Shown here one piece after another: positions 27,306-50,800 of a stretch of DNA of 64,000 nt. The stretch's first letter is position 1; each line of letters starts with the position of its first letter. This DNA is from Macrostomum lignano (taxonomy: Eukaryota), in assembly GCA_002269645.1 (NCBI GenBank), contig NIVC01000630.1, forward strand, positions 248,001 through 312,000, read 5' to 3'. The notes beneath the pieces are model-generated. The model made no database searches and was not told where the DNA came from. It saw nothing but the letters and a program-made list of their open reading frames with translations. The position numbers were made by a program, and so were the translations under genes.

Positions 27306-27805
27306 TATCGGCTCCATTTTTAAATCCCTAACTCCCACCCCCAACTTAATCTCCATCTCTAGAGCTTAAATGGCTTCTGCTACGCTTGGTGTGAAACCAT
27401 TTTATTAAAAGCTCTCAATTATTTGTCTGACTCTCACCCCAGCGCTGCCCCCCCCCCAACCTGATGTAGCTATCTGATAAGCTGATGCAAAGGCACGTCA
27501 TCTGCAGCCTCCCTGTCCTCCATCTGGCATAACAAGGTGAAAAATGGATGTATAGCCCGAGAACTGACTGGATGGTTACAATTGTAGAGAGAGAAAGTAT
27601 GCGAGTAAAATCTAGAGGAAAAATCGCGAAAAATCTAGGGGAAAAGTGTCCCCAAAAAATCCCCTTGTCGTCGCCGCCACAAGATTTGATACAAAGTTCC
27701 GCTCTGTCCGTATGTGAATTGGCGGTCTAAAAGTAAGTCGATTTCACAGGACCTAAATTTCTTATGGACTAAAAAAAGCATTAAACACCCACTTTCATTA
27801 AGACG

Positions 27806-28442
27806 TAAACTTCATCGGACCTAAACTTCATCAGACCTAAACTTCATCGGACCTAAACTTCATCAGACCTAAACTTCATCGGACCTAAACTTCATCAGAC
27901 ATAAACTTCATCAGACCTAAACTTCATCAGATCTAAACTTCATCAGATCTAAACTTCATCGGACCTAAACTTCATCAGACATAAACTTCATCAGACCTAA
28001 ACTTCATCAGATCTAAACTTCATCAGACCTAAACTTCATCAGACCCAAACTTCATCAGACCTAAACTTCATCGGACCTAAACTTCATCAGACCTAAACTT
28101 CATCAGACCTAAACTTGATCAGACCTAAACTTCATCAGACCTAAACTTCATCAGACCTAAACTTCATCAGGCCTAAACTTCATCAGACCTAAACTTCATC
28201 AAACCTAAACTCCAGAAAACCTAAACTCCATCAGACCTAAACTTCATCAGACCTAAACTTCATCAGACCTAAACTTCATCGGACCTAAACTTCATCAGAC
28301 CTAAACTTCATCGGACCTAAACTTCATCAGACCTAAACTTCATCGGACCTAAACTTCATCGGACCTAAACTTCATCAGACCTAAACTTCATCGGACCTAA
28401 ACTTCATCGGACCTAAACTTCATCGGACCTACGACTCCATCA
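27806..28442. repeat. 16-bp minisatellite (AAACTTCATCAGACCT)n
   Basis: ~39 units. Confidence 0.97.
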
Positions 28443-28849
28443 GAACTGTGAAATTTAGGGGTCTTGTAAAACCTGGCCTAAAAGTTTAGCAACGGCAAAT
28501 GTCAATACGGGAGACGAAACTTAAAAATCAAGCGCTGCATCTTTTTAACGATTGTCTCAATGTGGCTCTCTAATGCTTCTGTGCTTCTTGATTAATGAAG
28601 AGCCCAGCTGATTGACACATCTGGGCTGCTCTGTTTTGACAGATGATCTGTGATCCACTGTGAGCGATACTTCCTGGTCTAACACTGCTTAAGCGCACCG
28701 CACATGGCCGCTGTTCTCCTTGGAATTTTTTAGCTACCTGCTTAAAATACTTCGCATGCATGGCAACTGGCAAGCTTAAATTGAACATTCATCATGAAAT
28801 GAACATTCATCAACGTCGGAATGTTTCACCAACATTAAATAACGTCTGT

Positions 28850-29385
28850 CAAAATGTTCACAATCACTCCAGAATGTTCACAATCACTTTAGAATGTTCA
28901 CAATCACTCCAGAATGTTCACAATCACTTCAAAATGTTCACAATCACTCCAGAATGTTCACAATCACTTCAAAATGTTCACAATCACTCCAGAATGTTCA
29001 CAATCACTTCAAAATGTTCACAATCACTCCAGAATGTTCACAATCACTCCAGAATGTTCACAATCACTTCAAAATGTTCACAATCACTCCAGAATGTTCA
29101 CAATCACTTCAAAATGTTCACAATCACTCCAGAATGTTCACAATCACTCCAGAATGTTCACAATCACTTCAAAATGTTCACAATCACTCCAGAATGTTCA
29201 CAATCACTTCAGAATGTTCACAGTCACTTCAGAGTGCACAAAATTTCTACAGAATGTTCACAGTCACTTCATAATGTTCATAATCATTCAAGAATATTCA
29301 CAGTCACTTCAGAATGTTCACAATCTCTCTAGAGTATCACAATCACCCCCAGAATTTTAATTATTACATCAGAATGTTCACAACC
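28850..29385. repeat. 20-bp minisatellite (CAGAATGTTCACAATCACTC)n
   Basis: ~25 units alternating ctccag/cttcaa variants. Confidence 0.95.
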
Positions 29386-30084
29386 AGCTCTTAATTAATT
29401 TTAATATTTTACTATAGAAGCAATGATAAGTTGCTAAGCTTTATATGAGTAATTTGTATATCTTAGCATGAGTAATTACATGAGTCCTTGCATTCAGCAT
29501 ACAGTATAGGATCGCATAAAGTTGGTGAGTCACCTGTTATTATAAAACAAGCATCCAGTATAATTTCATTGAAGGCACACCGGCTATTCTCCGACCTGAA
29601 CCTTTGGTTTCGTTGTTGTCAAGTGTCCTATTGTGGGGGCAAAAACTGTCTAGAACTGCGCGCGTTGATGTAATAAAATTTAAGCTACAGACTGAGCGTC
29701 GTAAAACTTTTGCGTCACTATATTTCTACACCAGGGTCAAAGGCGTAAGTTTGGCTTGCAATATGATATGCTTTTGTTTTAATACACTTCTGGGAATATT
29801 CATTAAGATGTCAGATTAGCAATCCATTCTATTCCTCCAGATAAACTGCATATAATGTTAGCGGAAGTTTTTCTTGCATTTTCTAAACTTCCTTCTTAAA
29901 AAACGATATATTTTCCACCTAAGCAAGCAGTTCATCTTTTATGCTGTGCACCTGTTTGCCCGGAACAAACACCTTAGCTAGATAATTGCTAATATTTTAC
30001 CTCAAAATTTAAAACCGGATCAGCTTAGAACAATTAAAATAGAGTTTTACAGCTTATTTGACTGAAGAAAGTTTGTAAGTTGCA

Positions 30085-30878
<794 letters not shown>

Positions 30879-31293
30879 TGAGACAAAAGTTGACAAGCAA
30901 AGGTAACTTTAATTCAACTTACGGTTCAAGTCAGACTCGGCTGTATACCGTGCTGAAGACAAGCAGCAAATGTTCCCCTGACAGAATGCGCTGTGTATTA
31001 GATAGACCTGGCTACAAGTCAGGCTTTTAAATACCAAGTGGAACTTCACTCAGAGAGGAACAGGCTCAGGACTCAGGATTATTGAAACTGGTTGTGCTGG
31101 ACAGAGAATGCTAGACAATGGCGCACCTGATGTACATAGCGAAGCCGCTGTCGACCCAGGATATCTGTTCAGACCAGTCGTTTGATAAAACTATCGTAAG
31201 GAACTGCCCTTCAGTTAAAACGCGATGAAACAAGCAAACGAGGCTGGATGAGAGAAGGGTTGGCATTGGGGCTTCTTGAACGGCTCAACTCCT

Positions 31294-31318
31294 ATTGGCT
31301 GGCCAGCTCTGAGCCAAT
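31294..31318. promoter_or_regulatory. Inverted pair of CCAAT boxes (possible NF-Y promoter element)
   Basis: ATTGGctggccagctctgagCCAAT in unique GC-balanced DNA; no gene assigned. Confidence 0.2.
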
Positions 31319-31577
31319 GAAATCGCGTCCTTAAAAAAGGATTTTGGCTAGCCTGAGGGGAATGGGTTCTGTAGTGCAGCATCAAGCCAGAGAACAAGTG
31401 AGTGATTTGATGTGAATTGAATACCCGAGTGAGCCTTCACTGAGCTGTCGGATTTAATTAATTTGAATTTATTGGGAAAACAACACAATTAATTTTGATT
31501 CAAACCAGATTTGTAAAAGTAAATTGTACATAAGGGGTCACATTGAAAGTTGCAATGAAAACTGAATGTGATACTGA

Positions 31578-31690
31578 AGGGCACTGAAGTCGCTCTAAAC
31601 TGAATCTGAAGCGGCACTGAAGTCGCTCTAAACTGAATCTGAAGCGGCACTGAAGTCGCTCTAAACTGAATCTAAAGCGGCACTGAAGTC
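31578..31690. repeat. 33-bp tandem repeat x3 (cactgaagtcgctctaaactgaatctgaagcgg)
   Basis: Three consecutive copies are visible. Confidence 0.92.
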
Positions 31691-31704
31691 CCCGCTATAA
31701 AATG

Positions 31705-31910
31705 ATGCTGGCGCCCCTTGGTGCTGGCGCCCCTTGGTGCTGGCGCCCCTTGGTGCTGGCGCCCCTTGGTGCTGGGGCCCCTTGGTGCTGGCGCCCCTTG
31801 GTGCTGGCGCCCCTTGGTGCTGGGGCCCCTTGGTGCTGGCGCCCCTTGGTGCTGGGGCCCCTTGGTGCTGGCGCCCCTTGGTGCTGGCGCCCCTTTGTGC
31901 TGGCGCCCTC
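31705..31910. repeat. 16-bp GC-rich minisatellite (GCTGGCGCCCCTTGGT)n
   Basis: ~13 units. Confidence 0.96.
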
Positions 31911-33659
31911 CCGGAAAGCCGCGCCGCCACAATAGAAAGCCCCATCCTCGGCGCTCCTGAACTAAACAGCTCACACAAAATATCTACGCGAAACGAAATC
32001 TCATTTGCTACAGCTAGAAATCATCGTCTCCAATCTTCGATCAGCAGCGCTGATCTCTGAAGAGCGCCGCTGCACGCACGGCAAGTCGAGAATCCGAGAG
32101 AGCCAGCAAGACTCTCTGACGCAACCGCGCTCTAAAGCTGCCCCACTCGATCGCCAACAAGCTAGCATGCAGTATAGCAACGAAGGTTCGAGCAACCTCA
32201 TAGCTCGCGTAATCAATGCAGCATCCTCATTCCCGCGGGTCTTATAGCTTTTGGTTGAGTCCTGTTTATATGCAGTTATAAATATGCTGGCCAATCCTAT
32301 CAAAGCCAAAATATATAAGCAATGAAAGCTTTAGTTGGGACAATGTCCCGTGCGGCGCGGAAAACGTATCTCGCATGACAAAAATGATGAATACGGAACC
32401 AGAGTAACATGATGTGCACATGCTAGCTAATTTATTGAAGTGGTGAGTCAACGAGCCCTGCCAGAATGAATGAAGTTACGCGGTAGGGTTGCAGCAGAAT
32501 CCTGCCAGTCCAGTCGATCTATTCAATGCTGATCATTTAATCGCATTCTCAAATATGCTCTTCTCCAACTCTCTTTAGGCTAATTTTATAGTTTATACTC
32601 TCTTCGGAATTGCTTGGGGAGTTTTGAGTTATGGGAGCCGCATCTGCTCGCTGCGGCTTCTCCTATGGTCCTTGATGAGCGTTGAATCATCAAAAACTGC
32701 GTTTTGTAGCGAAAATCCCCTTTTGGGATCTGGACATCTGGTAGCAGATTAATTTTAAGAGAATTTTTTTCTTGAATTCTGTATTTCTGATTTATATTTT
32801 CGCGATCTACACTGTACTGCTTGCACTGATCTTCTTGAGGGAAAATATTATTTTTCAGCAAGAATTTGCAGCATGTAGCTGATCGCCACTGAAACAAAGA
32901 CTTACGGACTACACAGCTCAACCTAATCAAAGCCCATATGAACAACAAATTCTCAGCTAGCCATGCGTCTATATGGGCTCGTTGGTTGGATATATTGTCC
33001 TATTGAGACATGTGCAGTCATACATGTATGTAAGAATTCGATCCTAGCAGAAATAATTTGCGGCTGAATGGTGGCCCGGGCATGATCGAATCATACAGCT
33101 AGAATTATGTACATGTACACGCGCATGTCAATTTGCAAATGCAAATTTTAAATTGCATTTAATTGGCTGACATAAAACAGTAACATACTTTGAATGGATG
33201 ATTAGGACGTACATTACTAAATATGTAATTTCCACAATGTACATATGTACCTACTGTAACAGCGTTTGCAGGGGCATCTCAAGGTTCTGACTCGTAATTT
33301 TCTTCTTCATTTAAGCTAGGATGCATGCTGATTTTATGCTTTACATTTAGGATGAGCACCGCTTTTACGGTGCTCTAGCTGTGTGCCATATGCATTAGTA
33401 ATCCGCCGTTCATTACATGCACCATTGCAGACAAGAATCCAAAGAAAAAATTCTAATATTTATTTAAAAATGGGTTTTGTTAAATGTAGTAGTGATTTGA
33501 TTACCGCAAGATCTAATACTCATTTAGTACCTCAGGCGCTTATTTTGGCGACTTTGAAGAAAAAATCTGGATTTACACTAACGCTGTGTAAACATGAAAA
33601 AAATTAATTTACGTAATAAAAGTTAGTTTCGGATTTTAGGAAATTAAGAAGTCCATGTA

Positions 33660-33870
33660 ACCGTTCACAAATTTGGAGATAAGCTGACGAGTTGGCCACA
33701 GCTTTTACATTACAACCCCCCCCCCCCTGGACGCCCTCAGTCTCCAAATTTATCTACCTAATCTACAATAGACCCCAATGTCTCTATTGAAGTTTAGGTA
33801 CATAAAATCAATCCCTATGAATTAGATTCTCCCTACCCCAAAACCCCTTATTCTAGTAGGTGGTTGGTCA
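33660..33870 (+). repeat. Dispersed ~200-bp repeat, with inverted copies at 37490-37860
   Basis: ctcagtctccaaatttatctacctaatctacaatagaccccaatg...gaagtttaggtacataaaatcaatcc is reverse-complemented at 37710-37792, with a further partial copy at 37500-37625. Confidence 0.85.
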
Positions 33871-33964
33871 CTACTAGGGATATTTTTCTTTTCTGTTTCT
33901 GCTAATTTTCTCTATTTATCTCTTATAAAAGTAGTTTTGTTGCGTGAGTGAAAAATACATCAGA

Positions 33965-34004
33965 CCCTGAAGATGGCCCTTGTCGTCGGACCGAAACGCG
34001 TTGG
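33965..34004 (+). ncRNA. Degenerate minimal type I hammerhead ribozyme of Penelope-like-element type
   Basis: ccCTGAAGA-t-ggccc(ttgtcgtc)ggacc-GAAA-CGCG-TT-gg: catalytic boxes CUGANGA and GAAA, stem II with one mismatch, palindromic ACGCGT stem III, GUU cleavage triplet, and only a 2-bp stem I. A TATAAAAG lies ~40 bp upstream. Confidence 0.55.
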
Positions 34005-34302
34005 AATAATTTAATCTAACTTGATCTGTGTTTATTTTCACATTTATTTTCATATGTTTCCCTGTACCCCACCCATATCAACTACTTGCGTCACTCACCC
34101 ACTCCATGATTTACAAGTTACAACGAATTTAAGAATTAGACTTCAAAGTCAAATCACTTTTAAATAACGAAATAGCCAGTTGTTTATTTTTTAAAAGCTT
34201 ATTTAGTTTGTTGCTAGATGCTATATTTAAATTCAGCAACTTACAGCTTTAGCTTTGTTTATATGGTGATTACTTTACAGTCAAATATTTAAACATGGGT
34301 CT

Positions 34303-34669
34303 CCCTAAAACACGCACCGCACCGCCCCGACCGCTACACATTATAACATTTTTGTCAATGCAGTATTTTGCTTGCAAAGAAAACTATTTGTTGTAAGAGT
34401 AACAGAATAATTAACTTTATTTATTACCTAAAATATTATTATTATTTTTCATATTCTCGTTTGCATTATTAAATTAAATTATTATTAATTTTATTAATAT
34501 TATTATTAATATCACTTATTATACATCGAATTTAATTTTTCACAGTAAAAAAACTAAATTTTATAAAAGCTTAAAGCTTAACATAAAATGCATTTTGAAA
34601 TGTCTTCAGTTATAGTCTAATTTGTTTTAACGTGTAGCGCTGTGGGGCGGGGCGGTGCGTGTTTTAGGG
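34303..34669. mobile_element. MITE, 367 bp, ~45-bp TIRs starting CCCTAAAACACGCACCGC
   Basis: The right end gcggtgcgtgttttaggg is the exact reverse complement; AT-rich interior; no TSD recognised. Lies ~170 bp upstream of the PSMD13 ATG. Confidence 0.85.
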
Positions 34670-34841
34670 ATTTTCTTTAAACATTTGAATGACTTTCTGA
34701 GAAATTGTCTTGAAAATCCAAAAATTTGCTACGATATTGATTTTTTAGCTACTGGGCAGGCTGAACTGCATATTATTCCCCACAAAAACGTAGTCAGTTA
34801 ATTTTTTTCATTAACAAAATCCAGCATTATTATCAATAGCA

Positions 34842-45353
<10,512 letters not shown>

Positions 45354-45469
45354 TTTTTGCCTGCATGCACTTTTGGCTTGACTTGGGCCGGGCACTTAAA
45401 AGTACTTTTTAGGGACGATAGCTATGTGAATGTTTGCTTTACGAAAATGCCTCTGCACCCTCAAACCCT

Positions 45470-46438
45470 TACAGATTCTCAGTTGCTGAGCCAGCCTCCC
45501 AGATTCTCAGTTGCTGGGCCAGCCTCCCAGATCCTTAGTTGCTGATCCAGCCTCCCAGATCATCAGTTGCTAGGCCAGCCTCCCAGATCCTTAGTTGCTG
45601 ATCCAGCCTCCCAGATCCTCAGTTGCTAGGCCAGCCTCTCAGATCCTCAGTTGCTGGGCCAGCCTCCCAGATCCTCAGTTGCTGGGCCAGCCTCCCAGAT
45701 CCTTAGTTGCTGATCCAGCCTCCCAGATCATCAGTTGCTAGGCCAGCCTCCCAGATCCTTAGTTGCTGATCCAGCCTCCCAGATCCTCAGTTGCTAGGCC
45801 AGCCTCCCAGATCCTCAGTTGCTGGGCCAGCCTCCCAGATCCTCAGTTGCTGGGCCAGCCTCCCAGATCCTCAGTTGCTGGGCCAGCCTCCCAGATCCTC
45901 AGTTGCTGGGCCAGCCTCCCAGATCCTCAGTTGCTGGGCCAGCCTCCCAGATCCTTAGTTGCTGATCCAGCCTCCCAGATCCTCAGTTGCTAGGCCAGCC
46001 TCCCAGATCCTCAGTTGCTGGGCCAGCCTCCCAGATCCTCAGTTGCTGGGCCAGCCTCCCAGATCCTTAGTTGCTGATCCAGCCTCCCAGATCCTCAGTT
46101 GCTAGGCCAGCCTCCCAGATCCTCAGTTGCTGGGCCAGCCTCCCAGATCCTCAGTTGCTGAGCCAGCCTCCCAGATCCTCAGTTGCTGATCCAGCCTCTC
46201 AGATCCTCAGTTGCTGGGCCAGCCTCCGAGATCCTCAGTTGCTAAGCCAGCCTCCCAGATCCTCAGTTGCTGAGCCAGCCTCCCAGATCATCAGTTGCTA
46301 GGCCAGCCTCCCAGATCCTCAGTTGCTGAGCCAGCCTCCCAGATCCTCAGTTGCTAGGCCAGCCTCCCAGATCCTCAGTTGCTGGGCCATCGCCCTCCCA
46401 GATCCCCAGTTGCTGGGCCAGCCTCCCAGATACTCAGA
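45470..46438. repeat. 28-bp minisatellite (CCAGCCTCCCAGATCCTCAGTTGCTGGG)n just 3' of PSMD13
   Basis: ~34 units starting ~115 nt after the stop codon. Confidence 0.97.
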
Positions 46439-46959
46439 TATGATATAAAAGCAGACAGCGTGCTCAAATCTCGCGGGCTTTAAGCAGCCCCGATTCTATA
46501 CGAGCTACAATGGTCAACTGGTACTCTGTGTTTCTTCAAGTGTTTTTTTAGTAACAAATATACGCAAAGAGGGGAGTAGAAATAAGGACATCGTTTAATA
46601 ATTGTTATGTATTTCTTCGTATGCCCTAACTATGCATTCAGTTTCCACTGATGACCTTTGGTGTCATCTAGTGTCTGTGCTTCTTCAACAACAAAACACA
46701 ATTTTGCTTTGAAGTTATAGGCCTTTAAATGTGTGTTTACTCCGAACTTACGTGCGCAAACTACAACCAGTTAAATAAGTCTCAAGTCGTATGTATACTC
46801 CTGTGTGTGTGTATTTCTGCTAAAATGTAACCCCACTGTCCATATAGTAAATAGCGATTAAATTATCTGCTATTTCTGTTTCATGATTGCAAGGTCTACT
46901 ACACTTATCGACTTCCTTTCTTTTTGTGACTTCATATAGACAGTATATAGGGGAATCTT

Positions 46960-47700
<741 letters not shown>

Positions 47701-47801
47701 TCGTTAGAGCTTTAAGCCATGCAGATTGCCGTGACTATTCATTTTGAATCCCATTTCATGCAGATATTATCAACGGACGCACTGTGGCACAGGACACAGC
47801 T

Positions 47802-50800
47802 ATGCTTAAATTCGCATCGCCGATAAATCAGCCGGCAGCGCAGGTATCAACCAATCATAGGGATGATCGCGTCAGCGCTTTCTCAGTAATTTTAGCGCGT
47901 CGCGCCGGTCCATTTTGGCGCCGACACGCCTCAGAGCTGACGCGGGTGGGTTCTATCTCGGCGCTCATCTGCCTAGCAGCTTTTTTATTCAGCGTGGCCA
48001 GCTCAACCAGTTTGATTGCTGCTAAATCTGACGACTCCGCAGATGCCGCAAAGATGTTCCTTGTTGGCTGTTTAAAGCTCATTGCTCTGGCTCGCTTATA
48101 TGAGGCCTGTTGTCGGCTGAGTCGGCTGGGCGCCAATCGTTGGATTGGCCCGGCGGCTGTTTTGACGATGGCCTGCTGTCCGCTGTTCTGCCTGCGTCTG
48201 GCCTTGCCTTGGATTAATAACAGCAGTTCTACTGAATCGTCTAATTCGAATTATTTGTGTAGACCGACTGAGCTAGCGGCCTATTATGTGCTACTGTTGG
48301 ATTTGAATTGTTTGTTTCGGGCTGCCGCTTCTGCCGCAGCTGTTGGAACATCTGATGCTGAGGACAAGGATTCAGGTTATAGTCGACTAGATAAGGTTCG
48401 TTGCTTGATTATTGCCGAGTTTGGGACTCCCTCTCTCTCCCTTTGATGTACATTGGCCACTCTATGACTCTGCAGTTTCTCTCTCTCCCTTTGATGTACA
48501 TTGACCACTCTATGACTCTGCAGTTTCTCTCTCTCCCTTTGATGTACATTGGCCACTATGACTCTGCAGTTTCTCTCTCTCCCTTTGATGTACATTGGCC
48601 ACTCTATGACTTTGCAGTTTCTCTCTCTCCCTTTGATGTACATTGGCCACTCTATGACTTTGCAGTTTCTCTCTCTCCCTTTGATGTACATTGGCCACTC
48701 TATGACTCCGCGGTTTCTCTCTCTCCCTTTGATGTACATTGGCCACTCTATGACTTTGCAGTTTCTCTCTCTCTCTTTGATGTACATTGGCCACTCTATG
48801 ACTTTGCAGTTTCTCTCTCTCCCTTTGATGTACATTGGCCACTCTATGACTCTGCAGTTTCTCTCTCTCCCTTTGATGTACATTGGCCACTCTATGACTC
48901 CGCGGTTTCTCTCTCTCCCTTTGATGCACATGGCTACTCTATGACTCCGCAGTTTCTCTCTCCTAGATATACATTAAGAAGTCATGAACTGAAAGTGCGT
49001 GTTGTACTTTTATTTCACCATTTTTATTTACATGCAGTAATTTATTTTTTAATTAACTGATTGACAGGCAATCGCCGTTCCAGTCCTCTCCATGGCAACT
49101 GGCTACGCTATCAAAGGTGCCGGATTTTTTATTGGCGGCCGAGTGGCGGCCAATCTATCTCCCGAACTGCGCCAAGTTTGTCACACAATGGCCCTGACGT
49201 TAATTACCTGCGCCTGCTTGCACCTTGTCCTGCTACCCGGTTATCTGGTCAGGTTGGCCAGCAGCGGGCCGCCAGGCATGCGGCCGAAATTCGTAGACGC
49301 CGCTGCCAGTTACTACTATCAGTACTATGGCAGTAGGAAGCAGGAGATCAAAGCCATGATGGTTGCCGGGGTGCTGCTGTTGCAGTCGCTAGGCGGAGGC
49401 GCGGCCTCTTCCGTTGGTAGCGACAATCTTATTGGCCGCCTGTGCTCTTGGCTGGCTTCTCCTGCTTGGGATCTGTGCCTAGCATTGCCGTATTGCATCT
49501 ATTTGTGCATTCAATTTGCCGTCTGCGAACAGCATCCAGCTGCTTCTCAGCCTGATTCCGGCGATTGTGGCGCTATTTTTAGCGCCAAGGCTGATGGTGG
49601 CGCCGTCAAAGTTGGCGCCGCCATAGATAATAGCGCCGATGCTAATATTGGCGCCGACAAAGTTGGCGCCAAATTAATTGGCGCAGCTGGCGATGTCAGT
49701 ATTGGCGCCAGAGGCGGCGAAAGCGACGCGAATGGTGAAACAAGAGAGCCGGTGCAGTGGCGCAAACGGGTTCTTTCGGAATCGTCCTCCAGTGGCTTGG
49801 CGCCATTCTCGCGCCAGACTCAATTGCGCCAGCAGCTGTCGGCGCCTGCTCCAGCTCCCGCTCAGCGCCAGCGCTCTCTAGAGGAGGCGCTTCAGCTTCT
49901 ACGTCGAGACGGTGGATCCGTTGCCGGTTGCCTTAGTAACGCCGACTATCTGAACTTGATGCAGGCCGGACACGTGAAGCCCCGACAGTTGGAGGGCCTG
50001 ACTGGCTGCCCGAATCGGGCTGTGGAGCTACGCCGGCTGCACCTGGCTGGCACCCTGGTGTCTGCTGGCACCGTGTTGACGCACATACCATTTCAGGACT
50101 ACGATTGGAAACAGGTGGGCTACCGGTTTTTTAGTGTTTTTTAGCACTAAATTTCAAATTGAAGCAAGTGTGCTTGTCTGGTTCAAGGTGTGCTCGAAAT
50201 TGTATGAAGCTGTTTTTGTTCTATAAAACGCTGTTCATGTTTTCTTCTCTGTGTGAGCTCGAATCTTTACCAAAGCTCGAATCTTCACCAAAGCTCGAAT
50301 CTTCACCAAAGCTCGAATCTTTACCAAAGTTCGAATCTTTACCAAAGTTCGAATCTTTACCAAAGTTCGAATCTTTACCAAAGTTCGAATCTTTACCAAA
50401 GCTCGAATCTTCAATTAGGCTCGAATCTTTACCAAAGTTCGAATCTTCACCAAGGCTCGAATCTTTACCAAAGCTCGAATCTTCAATTAGGCTCGAATCT
50501 TTACCAAAGTTCGAATCTTTACCAAGGCTCGAATCTTTACCAAAGTTCGAATCTTCACCAAGGCTCGAATCTTTACCAAAGTTCGAATCTTCACCAAGGC
50601 TCGAATCTTTACCAAAGCTCGAATCTTCAATTAGGCTCGAATCTTTACCAAAGTTCGAATCTTTACCAAGGCTCGAATCTTTACCAAAGTTCGAATCTTC
50701 ACCAAGGCTCGAATCTTTACCAAAGTTCGAATCTTCACCAAGGCTCGAATCTTTACCAAAGCTCGAATCTTCAATTAGGCTCGAATCTTTACCAAAGTTC

